A program made the position numbers and the translations under genes. Shown here piece after piece: positions 1 to 9,910 of a stretch of DNA of 64,000 nucleotides. The stretch spans positions 1 to 64,000 of IMG/VR virus record IMGVR_UViG_3300042455_001086. One strand, 5' to 3'. Positions within the stretch are counted from its first letter, which is position 1, and each line of letters starts with the position of its first letter. The notes under the pieces were generated by a model. That model was not told the origin of the DNA, did no database searches, and was given only the letters and a program-made list of their open reading frames with translations.

Positions 1-2012
1 GTGCAAACTCTGGTGATAATTTATGGGTTAATAGTAAAACATTACCAGGATCATATACTATTACTGGTGATACAAGTATTGGTGGAAATTTAACTGTTAG
101 TGGTAATACATCATTACAAGGTTTAACTGCTACTACAACAAATATTAATGGAAACTTAACAGTTACTGGTAATACTTCTTTACAATCATTTACCGGAACT
201 TCTGGAATAATTAATGGAAATCTTACCGTTACTGGTAATACTTCTTTACAATCATTTACCGGAACTTCTGGAATAATTAATGGAAATCTTACCGTTACTG
301 GTAATACTTCATTACAAGGTTTAACTGCTACTACAACAAATATTAATGGAAACTTAACTGTAACTGGTAATACTAGAACACAAACATTAAGAGTAACATC
401 AGGTTCAACTGCTGGATATGTTTTAACAGCAATTGATACTAGTGGTAATACTGAATGGAGGGCTTTAGGGTCTACAACAAGTAGTGAATTAGATCCTGTA
501 ATCTCAATAACAGGAACAAGTGCTACTACCGTAAATATTGGTGATAGATATCTAATAAGTGGTGGTACGGGTAGTTGGTCAACAAGAAACAATCAAATCG
601 CAGAATATACGGGAACATCATCACCTAACTGGTCATACACAACAGCGGTAACAGATAATATTGTATTTGTAACAAATACTTTAACAACATATAGGTTTGA
701 TGGTAATAATTGGATACCTTGGCAAGGAACATCAATACTTCAAAACGGTAACTCTTTAGGTACCGCAATTAATATTGGAACTAACGATAATCAAAACCTA
801 ACCTTTAAAACTTCTGGACAGACAAGGATGTTAATTTCCGGAAGTACTGGGAGAGTTTATATAGGAACCGGAACAACAATGCCAATAGATGAAACATTGG
901 TTATTGATGGTGGCGGATCAACAAATCCTGGTGGTAGTAATGGTGGTGGTAGTATAAAATTTGCAGATTCAAGATATTTTGGTTATAGAAATGGTAATCC
1001 CATTTCAGGAATAACTGGAACAACACTTACTATCGCACAAACAGCAGCTTCCACATTTAGAATTAACCATGATTTTAGAAGTAACGAAAATATTACATTT
1101 GGACCTTCAAATAGGATTTTTATTACAGCACCTGAAATTGTTGCCAATGGAGATTTTTTTATCAACCAACATCCATCCAACACTAGTAACCCTTCTAGAC
1201 TAATCGGTAGAAATTTAAATGGGTTTAATATTGATAATAGTTTAGGAATACAGAATAACACTACAATAAATGGAATTATACTTCAAGGTCGTACATCTTG
1301 GAATGGCGGCACAGGAACTACGGCAACATCTACAATAAATTCAGTAAAAATTAGTCCAGAGGCTAATATGATTGTTGGTACAACAAATGGTAATCTATTA
1401 GTATTAGACCCAACCATAAACTACACAGGCGGATCTTTAAGTTTAAGAGGAATTTATTATAATCCAATAATTTCTGCAACAACAAGTGCATTTACTGAAA
1501 CAGCTATTGAAACAGTAAGAGGTAATGTGTTATTTAACACTCTAACAGGAAACACCGGTATTGGTACGTCAAACCCAACGAGAAAGTTAGATGTGGCTGG
1601 TGATTACAAATTTGTTCACAACCCAGTAACTGGATTAACATCATCTGTTAGTGGTTATGGTGATATTGTTACCTTTGGTTCAGGTAGTTTAACTGCAGGT
1701 AATTTATACTATTTAAATAGTTCTTCAGTATGGACTATTGCCGATGCCGACTCAGTATCAGGATCAACAGGACTTTTAGCAATAGCTTTAGGTACAACTG
1801 CAAGTGCTGGTATGTTAATTAGAGGTTATGTTAGATCTGCAACATATACAGAGGCAACTGGTGCGATTTTATATGTATCAACAACCGATGGAGCAATTAC
1901 TGCAACCGCACCAATAGGTGCTGGTGACGTAGTTAGAATTGTTGGTTATCAAATTGATTCGGGAAATAATGTTATTTATTTTAATCCATCAAATGATTGG
2001 AGGACTATATAA
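1..2012 (+). CDS. Tail fibre / virion structural protein, 5'-truncated at the window edge
   Basis: The frame of ORF 828..2012 is open back to nt 3 (ANSGDNLWVN...). G/T/N-rich, with 22-aa GNTSLQ...INGNLTVT repeats, a GNTGIGTSNPTRKLDVAG fibre motif and a C-terminal VRIVGY domain. Confidence 0.7.
   Translation, partial: ANSGDNLWVNSKTLPGSYTITGDTSIGGNLTVSGNTSLQGLTATTTNINGNLTVTGNTSLQSFTGTSGIINGNLTVTGNTSLQSFTGTSGIINGNLTVTGNTSLQGLTATTTNINGNLTVTGNTRTQTLRVTSGSTAGYVLTAIDTSGNTEWRALGSTTSSELDPVISITGTSATTVNIGDRYLISGGTGSWSTRNNQIAEYTGTSSPNWSYTTAVTDNIVFVTNTLTTYRFDGNNWIPWQGTSILQNGNSLGTAINIGTNDNQNLTFKTSGQTRMLISGSTGRVYIGTGTTMPIDETLVIDGGGSTNPGGSNGGGSIKFADSRYFGYRNGNPISGITGTTLTIAQTAASTFRINHDFRSNENITFGPSNRIFITAPEIVANGDFFINQHPSNTSNPSRLIGRNLNGFNIDNSLGIQNNTTINGIILQGRTSWNGGTGTTATSTINSVKISPEANMIVGTTNGNLLVLDPTINYTGGSLSLRGIYYNPIISATTSAFTETAIETVRGNVLFNTLTGNTGIGTSNPTRKLDVAGDYKFVHNPVTGLTSSVSGYGDIVTFGSGSLTAGNLYYLNSSSVWTIADADSVSGSTGLLAIALGTTASAGMLIRGYVRSATYTEATGAILYVSTTDGAITATAPIGAGDVVRIVGYQIDSGNNVIYFNPSNDWRTI
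84..374 (+). repeat. 66-bp coding tandem repeat in A-B-B-A arrangement
   Basis: Units start at 96, 162, 228, 294 and 360. The two central units are identical; the outer units encode GLTATTTNIN. Confidence 0.9.
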
Positions 2013-2103
2013 TAATTTTAAAAATGATTTCTTTTGGATTAGCAAATACTTATAAGAAACAGATAAAAATTTAAATAGTGAATAAAAAATAAAAAAATAT
2101 AAA

Positions 2104-2721
2104 ATGGCAAATTTTTTAATAAAAAGTTGTGATGATTTAATTAATATTGTTGTTAATCCAGGAGAAAATACAATAACAATAGGTGATATATATTATGTCA
2201 ATTTTACTGGTGAAACAAACTCTGGTTGTTTTACGGTTATTTCAGAATCCACAGATTCAATAGAAGAAGGTATATCTTCTGTTGTAATGTATGATAGTTG
2301 TTTAGAATGTTATCAAGATAATAACTGGTCATATATTGTAAGTGCATGTACCGATAGTGAATTATTGGGACCCGTAAATGCTAATTTCTTTTATGAAAAT
2401 CCAATTGGTAAATATTATACGATTGAAGGTCCATTTTGGGAAGGACAATTGTGTTTTAATGTGATTGCGGTTGAGGATAATGATTTTGAAGCACCGTTTT
2501 TAGTGAGTGGATCTTTCACCGACTGTACTTGTACTGGTAATATACCAAGAAGTGCAAATACTGAAGTTTTAGTTTGTGAGATTTGTAATGATTTCACAAC
2601 TGGTGATATAACTCTAAATCAAATTACACCCCCACATCCGGTATGGACAGATGGATATGGAACATCAGTTACACAATTAAATATGATTACCCTTGGTGGT
2701 GTAGATGGGCTTAATAGTTAA
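2104..2721 (+). CDS. Cys-rich acidic hypothetical protein, probably virion-associated
   Basis: ORF track; repeated SC..GC..YDSCLEC modules. Confidence 0.6.
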   Translation: MANFLIKSCDDLINIVVNPGENTITIGDIYYVNFTGETNSGCFTVISESTDSIEEGISSVVMYDSCLECYQDNNWSYIVSACTDSELLGPVNANFFYENPIGKYYTIEGPFWEGQLCFNVIAVEDNDFEAPFLVSGSFTDCTCTGNIPRSANTEVLVCEICNDFTTGDITLNQITPPHPVWTDGYGTSVTQLNMITLGGVDGLNS

Positions 2722-2726
2722 TAGTT

Positions 2727-3161
2727 ATGAATTTAAATAGAATAATAAAAAAAGTTTTAAAAGAACAAGAAGAAAGGTCAACAAGATATATGTTCTTTTC
2801 TAACCTTGAGCAAATGAAAAGACAATGTGAGTTACTTCTTGACCTTGACGAGAATGAGGTAGAATCTATTTTAGAAGACGGACACGATTGGGCTCAAGAT
2901 CATATTGCTGAAGCCAAAAATAATATGGATCAAGTATTTGATTTTTTAATGAATGAAACCGAAGGTGGTGAAGATGGTGATTATGATGAGGATATGATGA
3001 TGGAAGGTAAAAAGAAAAAGAATGTTGCAACTAATAAAAAATTATGGCAACAATCTTTAGCTTGGGCTAGGGCTAGATATGATGTTTGTCCAAGTGCGTA
3101 TTGTAATGGTGCTGCAGTAAAGAGGTACAATTCTAAAGGTGGTAAGTGGACAAAAAAATAA
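2727..3161 (+). CDS. Hypothetical protein with a shared N-terminal IIKKVLKE leader
   Basis: ORF track; acidic middle and basic C-terminal domain. Confidence 0.7.
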   Translation: MNLNRIIKKVLKEQEERSTRYMFFSNLEQMKRQCELLLDLDENEVESILEDGHDWAQDHIAEAKNNMDQVFDFLMNETEGGEDGDYDEDMMMEGKKKKNVATNKKLWQQSLAWARARYDVCPSAYCNGAAVKRYNSKGGKWTKK

Positions 3162-3233
3162 TTTTTAAAATTTAATTTTTAGATTCAATTCTTTTGTTTA
3201 TATTTGTAGAATAAATCAATAAAAATATAAACT

Positions 3234-3689
3234 ATGATGTCTAAAGTTGAGAGGTTTTTCAAAAGATTAAAATTAAAATTTTACATTTGGTCAAAAAAAG
3301 GTGGTGTAAATTTTGCAAACCAAGAAGAAGAAATATCTTCTTATGAAAAGACTTGTTTTCTTATATGTCTTAAAGCAATCAAACACAAAAATACAAAATT
3401 TATGATTGCCCCAATGTCGAATAAAAGATATTTGGAGAACAAAGAAATGGATATATTCATCACAATGAATGATGGTCGAGTTGATTTAACAAATCACATA
3501 TATCACTACGATGTAAAATTATCAAAAAGAGATTGGGAACGAATTACTTATGTCTTTGATACGGAAACAGAAAAAAGAAGATTAAATTATGAGGACACAA
3601 TAAATTCTCAAATTAAAAATTCTCTACACAATATTCTAGAAAGAGTTTCTAATCTCACTGATAATTCTACCAACCAAGGAATCAATTGA
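3234..3689 (+). CDS. Hypothetical protein
   Basis: ORF track; TATATTTG promoter at 3199-3206. Confidence 0.65.
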   Translation: MMSKVERFFKRLKLKFYIWSKKGGVNFANQEEEISSYEKTCFLICLKAIKHKNTKFMIAPMSNKRYLENKEMDIFITMNDGRVDLTNHIYHYDVKLSKRDWERITYVFDTETEKRRLNYEDTINSQIKNSLHNILERVSNLTDNSTNQGIN

Positions 3690-4556
3690 TTCCTTTTTGG
3701 ATTTATATGATGTCATAACTGGTTTTTGTCCCTTACCACTTTGCGGATCTTTTTTCTCAGCTCTTCTTTTTTGTTGGCAAGCTGCTTTCTTTTGTGAATC
3801 GGACATTTTACCGGCAACACCAGCTGCTCTACATTTGGGATAAGATCCGGTGTCGGCATCTTTTCTACCACAAGGTGGATGTTTTCCATCAACTTTCCGA
3901 CAAATATCAACCCAAGGTCCCTTTGGTTGTGATGAACCCTTTGGTTTTTTCTTTTTTCCAAACCAAACCGCCAAATCTTCATTTATTGTGTGTGTGGGAT
4001 GTGTATCATCTTTTAATTTTTTAAAAAATTCTGAACCTTTATAATATGTTTTACTTTTTTTATTATTTTTTAGATTTGATTTTTTTGCATGGTGATTTGT
4101 GTGATGATCAACCACATAATCAAAAGGAGTTAGTGTTGATTTTGGCCATTTTTTTAAACCTAATGAAAATGGTCCATTAAATTCACCAGCAGTAACAGAT
4201 GAATTTGCTTCATTTATTGGGACAATTTTTTTATTTTTTCCTGGTGTTGCATTTATATTATTCCCATCGTCATCACTTGTAAAAACATCTGGGTGTTTTT
4301 TCATATAGTTTGTAACTTTTTTTGCTATCCCCTCAATTTTTTTTATTTTATTTTTAGGTGTATCCATTTTTCCATCATAACTGTCGTATTCTAACTCTGG
4401 TGAGTCATAGTTTGAAACTGGATTTATATAAGGACCATTTTGTGTGTCTTTAAATTTTCTAACTCCGGGAACCAAAGGTCCGATATAAGAACCTCTACTC
4501 CCACCAGATGATGTTGCCTCCCTTATTATTTCTTTTATCCTTATATCACTTATCAT
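3636..4556 (-). CDS. Hypothetical basic protein, putative head protein
   Basis: IKEIIRE leader, ATATTTAT motif upstream, Cys/Lys-rich C-terminal domain (GPWVDIC..PCGR..YPKCR). Confidence 0.7.
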   Translation of the reverse strand: MISDIRIKEIIREATSSGGSRGSYIGPLVPGVRKFKDTQNGPYINPVSNYDSPELEYDSYDGKMDTPKNKIKKIEGIAKKVTNYMKKHPDVFTSDDDGNNINATPGKNKKIVPINEANSSVTAGEFNGPFSLGLKKWPKSTLTPFDYVVDHHTNHHAKKSNLKNNKKSKTYYKGSEFFKKLKDDTHPTHTINEDLAVWFGKKKKPKGSSQPKGPWVDICRKVDGKHPPCGRKDADTGSYPKCRAAGVAGKMSDSQKKAACQQKRRAEKKDPQSGKGQKPVMTSYKSKKESIDSLVGRIISEIRNSF

Positions 4557-4578
4557 TATTTTATAAATATCTTAAAAT

Positions 4579-4788
4579 ATGGAAAACACAAAAACAAACT
4601 TTGGTAATTTATTTGGGACGATTGAACTTCTAAATGAGGAACATTTGGATGCAATCCTTACAACAATGGAAAAAGAAGCTGCAACATATTATTTAATAGA
4701 GTCCATTAAAGCAGCATATAGTAGAGGAGCATACACAATAGGTGAAACTGAAGTAATTTCAAAAGCAATTAGAGTGGTTTCAAAATAG
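4579..4788 (+). CDS. Hypothetical protein
   Basis: 69-aa ORF filling the gap between neighbours. Confidence 0.6.
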   Translation: MENTKTNFGNLFGTIELLNEEHLDAILTTMEKEAATYYLIESIKAAYSRGAYTIGETEVISKAIRVVSK

Positions 4789-4790
4789 AA

Positions 4791-6092
4791 TTATCTAATA
4801 ATTTTTTTAGAAGTTCCATCTTCGTATATCTCAAATAGAACGCCTTTATATTCAAATCCTACTTCTTGTCCTAATGAATTAACATATTTAATCACTGTTT
4901 TAGTTTTGGTTTCATTATTCAAAACAATTGGTCCATATATTTTAAAATATCCATCAATATCATATTGGACTAACCTATAATAATGAATTGTAAATTGATC
5001 AATTTTATCCGAATGAGAATAATCCAAATGAGTATTTGAATTTCCAGCGGCCGGACTTATACCAATTGTTTTCCAGTCAATTCCATTTGTTGATCGTTCT
5101 ATGTCAAAATAAAATGAGTTATGTTCCGAAGCTGTTGCCCATTTTAAAACATTATGTGTAGGGTATGCAATACCTTCAAAATACAATAACTCAACTGGAA
5201 GACCAATTGGCACACTTAATGTTGCAATAAATCCACCCCAAGAACCGGTGTTTGAAACATCCGTTGTCCATCTTAATGTTAGTTCTCCGTTTGCGTTGGT
5301 TGCCGTAATATCTGCTGGTGTTGTCGTACCAGTAAGAGTCCCCACAAGTGTTGCTGAAGTGTTGGGACCATCATAAACATATAAATAATCATAATTTGTT
5401 TCCAAATCTAAACTAGTAAAAGAAAGCTTTAATTTTTTTGTCGCATCAGATGGTGTGAATGTCAATGTTCTATTTAAACCGTTTCCACCCGTACCACCAT
5501 AATTACCAGATGCTGGTCCTAGATTATCTGTTATTGTATATGTGTAATTCACATTTAGTGTTTGATTACAAGCGGCTAAAAAAGGAATTAGTGTATTTTC
5601 ACTAGCATCCGTTGATGTCAAACCCAAATCATCAACATATCTTTCAGCACTACCTGACGCTCGTTTATCAACAATTCGTATAAAAATATTTGTTAAACCC
5701 AATGCACCCAAATCAACCGAAGCAAGAGTATATGTTGTTGAAAATGATGTGACAGCTAACCGTTCAGTCCAGACTAAACCATCGGTTGAGGTTTCAACTG
5801 AAAATTTCGGAGTACCGGTTGATGTGGAACTTCTTCGGTAATAAAAACTAAAAACACCAGGATTTGCTATTTGTGGTAATCGCATAGCGTCATTTACGGC
5901 GTTAAATGTTAAATAACTCACACCAGTACGAGCCGTCGATGCTGTAGTACCATATAAAACAGATGTATTAACCCAAGTGCCTTGTTGGGTTGGTAGAGAC
6001 GATGAAAAACTTTCGTAGATAAGATATTGGTTACACTGATTAAAACCAAAAAAGGATAATGAAATTAAAAATAAAAATAATATTGTTTTCAT
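4791..6092 (-). CDS. Secreted CUB-domain protein with a Bacteroidota T9SS-like C-terminal domain
   Basis: Signal peptide; CUB motif LSFTSLDLETNYDYLYVYDG...LTLRWTTD..GF; LPVELLYFEG...YYRLVQYDIDG module; CTD-like YVNSLGQEV...KKIIR. Confidence 0.75.
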   Translation of the reverse strand: MKTILFLFLISLSFFGFNQCNQYLIYESFSSSLPTQQGTWVNTSVLYGTTASTARTGVSYLTFNAVNDAMRLPQIANPGVFSFYYRRSSTSTGTPKFSVETSTDGLVWTERLAVTSFSTTYTLASVDLGALGLTNIFIRIVDKRASGSAERYVDDLGLTSTDASENTLIPFLAACNQTLNVNYTYTITDNLGPASGNYGGTGGNGLNRTLTFTPSDATKKLKLSFTSLDLETNYDYLYVYDGPNTSATLVGTLTGTTTPADITATNANGELTLRWTTDVSNTGSWGGFIATLSVPIGLPVELLYFEGIAYPTHNVLKWATASEHNSFYFDIERSTNGIDWKTIGISPAAGNSNTHLDYSHSDKIDQFTIHYYRLVQYDIDGYFKIYGPIVLNNETKTKTVIKYVNSLGQEVGFEYKGVLFEIYEDGTSKKIIR

Positions 6093-6185
6093 AGTGATTT
6101 AGTTATATATATAAATATAAATAAGATTATTCATTATCAAAATTTTTTACTAAATAAATGAACAATATTTGGATTTGAATTAATA

Positions 6186-7886
6186 TTATATATTTAAATC
6201 CAAAACATATTTAAATAACCCACAATTCCATATTTTATCAAATCCAAGTTCTTCAGTTAATTGTGATTCAGATTTGGTGAAATCAAGGTTGGGATATTTT
6301 TTTTTCAAATTATTTTTACCCATAGAAAACTTATGAAATCTTTTGTATTTATTAATTTTTGAACTATAGTAATAGTAAGATGGTTTAACAACTGATGTAA
6401 GTTTAAATCCCAATTTTGTATATAAATTATTTTCTGAACTAATTGTCCATCTTCTATCAGCAAAACTAATAATTTGTTTTGGGTTATGTTCTTTTATAAA
6501 TTTTTTAAGGATTTTTGAAGCCAAACCATTGACAATAAATCCAGAATTTGTTGAATATCTGGACAATTCAAACTCACCGGTTTGTGTTTTGGTCATATTT
6601 CTTTTTCTATTAAAGGTCATGACACCAACCATTGTATCCCCATAAAATGCACCATAAAATATATCAGATTTATCATTTCCTTGTATATGGAAATCATTCA
6701 AAAAATTGGTTTTTTGTTCCTTAGTTATATTTTTTATTTTTACTTGTCTCGCCCCAATTTTTATCCCATCATTTTTATTTAGAATATGTTTGATTTTATT
6801 TTTGACAAGTTCTTTATTTTTAACCCATTCATCTTCATAAATGTGATATAGTTTATAACCCATAAGAAAACAATCAATTGTTTTATTTAAATGATATTTT
6901 GAGTCTTTACCCATCTTTTCGGTATTGTAATATAAACCATCATATTCAAAACAAATTTTTAAACTAGGAATTACCAAATCAATTTCTTTACCTTCCAATA
7001 TTTTTCTATTTTTACCCTTAACAACATCAAACCCCAAGGTCTCCAAAAATTCTTTAATTTCGGATTCACCTTTTGATGTCCAAGTTGGTTCCAATGTTTG
7101 ATTTAATATTTTTGTGGACTCACTTAATTTTTTTGAGGTTGTTTCAGATACGATTTTTGAATTTGGAAATTTCATTTTATACTCCTCAATATCCATATTG
7201 TGTTTGTTTTTCAAATGTGTGTTTGTTATTGATTTCATTTTTTCATTACAAATTTGACAAACAACAATATTTTCACTTTTATTTAACTCACTCTTCTTAA
7301 CAAGAGTTGGATGAAACTTATATTCCAATGGAAATTCATCAAGATATTCTTTAATTGTAATATTATGTGTTTTAATGATATGTTGCTCAAAACAACCGGT
7401 TTTGTTGTTTATATCAGTTGTTTCCCATTTACATAACGAACATTTTCTTATTTCTTTTTTTTCCTTCTTTATTATATCAAAATATTCTTCATACCATTTT
7501 TTACCATATTGTATTTCATATTTTTTTCTTTGGTAATTATTAATGGGTATATTAACATCACCATAGTTCTCAATTATATGTTTTGTTAATTTACCAGATA
7601 AATTGTTTGGATCATTTATAGTTATTTTTGTTTTTTTACAGACAGCAACAAATTCATATTCATCTGTTTCATATTTTTTTGTCTTTACAGATTCGATTTC
7701 TAAAGTTTGGAAATCTTTTACTTGACCTCTTTTTTTGTTAATTTTAATATTGTTATTTTTTAAAATTTGTGAAATTTTTTTATGTCCTACTTTAAATTTT
7801 TCTGCTAATTTATGAGTACTGGGAATTTGATTTTGATATAAAGAAATGATTTCCAAAATATCATCATTAGATAGGATTGTTTTCAT
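6186..7886 (-). CDS. Free-standing putative homing endonuclease (zinc fingers plus PD-(D/E)XK-like domain)
   Basis: C2H2-like CxxC..H motifs; SKGESEI...EIDL...FEYDGLYY; C-terminal ELSRY..SFADRRW..IWNCG domain. Lies behind the capsid-gene terminator. Start taken at MKTILS. Confidence 0.65.
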   Translation of the reverse strand: MKTILSNDDILEIISLYQNQIPSTHKLAEKFKVGHKKISQILKNNNIKINKKRGQVKDFQTLEIESVKTKKYETDEYEFVAVCKKTKITINDPNNLSGKLTKHIIENYGDVNIPINNYQRKKYEIQYGKKWYEEYFDIIKKEKKEIRKCSLCKWETTDINNKTGCFEQHIIKTHNITIKEYLDEFPLEYKFHPTLVKKSELNKSENIVVCQICNEKMKSITNTHLKNKHNMDIEEYKMKFPNSKIVSETTSKKLSESTKILNQTLEPTWTSKGESEIKEFLETLGFDVVKGKNRKILEGKEIDLVIPSLKICFEYDGLYYNTEKMGKDSKYHLNKTIDCFLMGYKLYHIYEDEWVKNKELVKNKIKHILNKNDGIKIGARQVKIKNITKEQKTNFLNDFHIQGNDKSDIFYGAFYGDTMVGVMTFNRKRNMTKTQTGEFELSRYSTNSGFIVNGLASKILKKFIKEHNPKQIISFADRRWTISSENNLYTKLGFKLTSVVKPSYYYYSSKINKYKRFHKFSMGKNNLKKKYPNLDFTKSESQLTEELGFDKIWNCGLFKYVLDLNI

Positions 7887-7940
7887 ATGTATAATTATAT
7901 AAAAAATAAATTTATAATCCATTCAATTTTACACCAAATA

Positions 7941-7968
7941 AAAAAGGTCAGATTTCTCTGACCTTTTC
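7941..7968 (-). terminator. Intrinsic terminator after the major capsid gene
   Basis: AAAAGGTCAG/CTGACCTTTT inverted repeat with a U-tract on the minus strand. Confidence 0.75.
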
Positions 7969-7989
7969 CTTATATTTTTAAGATTTTGA

Positions 7990-9828
7990 TTATCTCAATT
8001 CTCTTAAATCAAATGTACGAACACCATCAACAGTGATACGAGCGTAGAAACGGTTATTAACCATTTTCTTCGCGTATCTTGTCATAATCCCTTTAATTGG
8101 TGTGAAATTAAATGGGTTATACATTGTAGGTGTTAATTGAAGAGGCACATACGGTGCGTAGATGTAACCTGTGTCAAGTAAAGATGTACCTTTGTGACCC
8201 AACAAGATTGTGTTTGGTGGGAAGTAAGGATCTCTATACACTTGGTAACGACCAGCTAATGTTCCAACTCTTTCAATACCCATATTGTATTGATCTTGCT
8301 CTGGAGATGCGTTAGATACGTGGAAGTATTCTAAATCATCAAAGATTGCAGAAACCTCAGAAGATACAACAATCCAGTTTGCACCACCTCTTAAAGTAGA
8401 TTTGTGGATTTGTGCAGACAATTGGTTGATTGCAGTAATCAATGTTTGGTTCCAATCTTTTTGAGTGTAAGAAGTTGTTAAGTTCAATCTTCTCCATCCG
8501 TTGTAATCCCATCTCAAAGTCCAAGCAGCACCTTTTCTAAGGTCTCTTAGGATTTCTCTGTCGATTTCAGCAGCAACTTGCTCAGAAAGTAAAGCAGTAA
8601 GTTCAGCTTCAGCGTCGATGTTATGGAATGCAGCAACATCTTGTGCAAGTTCTGGAGACCATTGAGCTCTTAATTTTCTTTCGGTTACAGAAACTGTTAC
8701 TGACTCAAGATCAAAAGATACTTCACCGATTTCATCTTGGAATTCCAAGTTTTCGTAAGTTCTATATACAGCAGTGAACGCATTTGCACCAAAACCTTCT
8801 TCATTTAATGTTGTTCCAGTATATCCATCAAGTGTGTCAGCACCACAAGTAGCACATGCTGGACAAGAAAGATCTACTTCTAAGTAGATACAACCTTCAG
8901 CATCACAGATGTCATAGTAAGAACCACCATTTCCACTATCAGGGAATGAAGTTGTTTTTTTAGAACCGTAATTTACGATTCCTTTACCATATTGTTGAGT
9001 AACAACTCTAAATAAAAGTGGTTGACCAACAACGATTTGACAAGCTTCGTCCTCAACACTAATTTCTGCGTTAGCGAAGATTTTAAGGTCAGAAAGGAAA
9101 GTTTCAGTATCAACTTCGTTTCCGTCAGGTCCGATTAATTTACCAGCACCTTCACCTAAAGTTCTAAAATTACAAAGTTGTAAAAGAACTTTTCTTACAT
9201 TAACTTTATCAAGGTAAGATTGAACAGCACCTGAAGTAGTTAAACCACCATCAGCACTCCACTTAATAACATCAGTAGCTACAGTAACTGCAGACCATTT
9301 TCCTTTTGAATAGTCAAATAAACCAGCAGGATCTAAACTAGCTTCAGCACCTTCATAAAATAAGTCATAAAGATTCTTTTTGTATGAACCAGCAGCAGGT
9401 GGATAACCAGCACCAAGAGCTTCTGGAATTTCATAATTGTTTGGTGAACCAATTGGTGGATAATGTGCGTTCCCAGCTTCAAGAGGATTATATCCTTGGA
9501 TACGAGGTACGAAGTAGAACAATTTACCGATAGGTAAGTTCATTGCTTGTACTGATACGATGTCGTTAGCTAACAATTTAGAGAAAACTCTTCTTACGAT
9601 AGGGAAAACAACTGTTTCAAAAGCTCCGTTTGAACCTTCTGAAGTTGCTTCGTTAATCAAGTGAGAAGCTTGGTTTTCATATAACTGTGCTACGTTCTCT
9701 TTTAGGTGGCCTTTAAGACCTTCTAGGAACCCTAATTTGTCCCATTTGTTAATTGTATCTTCTTTAATAACTTTAAGGTGTTTCAACCCAATGTTACCAA
9801 CAAGACCTGATTCTAATAATGCTCCCAT
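7990..9828 (-). CDS. Major capsid protein (T4 gp23-like)
   Basis: LYENQ, IVSVQAMNLP, RKLRAQWSPELAQD, EIDREI, YAPYVPL, GIMTRY motifs. Confidence 0.97.
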   Translation of the reverse strand: MGALLESGLVGNIGLKHLKVIKEDTINKWDKLGFLEGLKGHLKENVAQLYENQASHLINEATSEGSNGAFETVVFPIVRRVFSKLLANDIVSVQAMNLPIGKLFYFVPRIQGYNPLEAGNAHYPPIGSPNNYEIPEALGAGYPPAAGSYKKNLYDLFYEGAEASLDPAGLFDYSKGKWSAVTVATDVIKWSADGGLTTSGAVQSYLDKVNVRKVLLQLCNFRTLGEGAGKLIGPDGNEVDTETFLSDLKIFANAEISVEDEACQIVVGQPLLFRVVTQQYGKGIVNYGSKKTTSFPDSGNGGSYYDICDAEGCIYLEVDLSCPACATCGADTLDGYTGTTLNEEGFGANAFTAVYRTYENLEFQDEIGEVSFDLESVTVSVTERKLRAQWSPELAQDVAAFHNIDAEAELTALLSEQVAAEIDREILRDLRKGAAWTLRWDYNGWRRLNLTTSYTQKDWNQTLITAINQLSAQIHKSTLRGGANWIVVSSEVSAIFDDLEYFHVSNASPEQDQYNMGIERVGTLAGRYQVYRDPYFPPNTILLGHKGTSLLDTGYIYAPYVPLQLTPTMYNPFNFTPIKGIMTRYAKKMVNNRFYARITVDGVRTFDLRELR

Positions 9829-9865
9829 TTTTTTTATTTTTTTAGCTTTATTTTTATTGTTATGT

Positions 9866-9878
9866 ATAAATAAATATA
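9866..9878 (-). promoter_or_regulatory. Putative late promoter ATATTTAT (coding strand); over 20 copies
   Basis: Found 5-40 nt upstream of the capsid, scaffold, terminase and many other genes on both strands. Confidence 0.7.
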
Positions 9879-9910
9879 CGGTTATTTAAAAAAGTTTATT
9901 TTTTTTTTAT

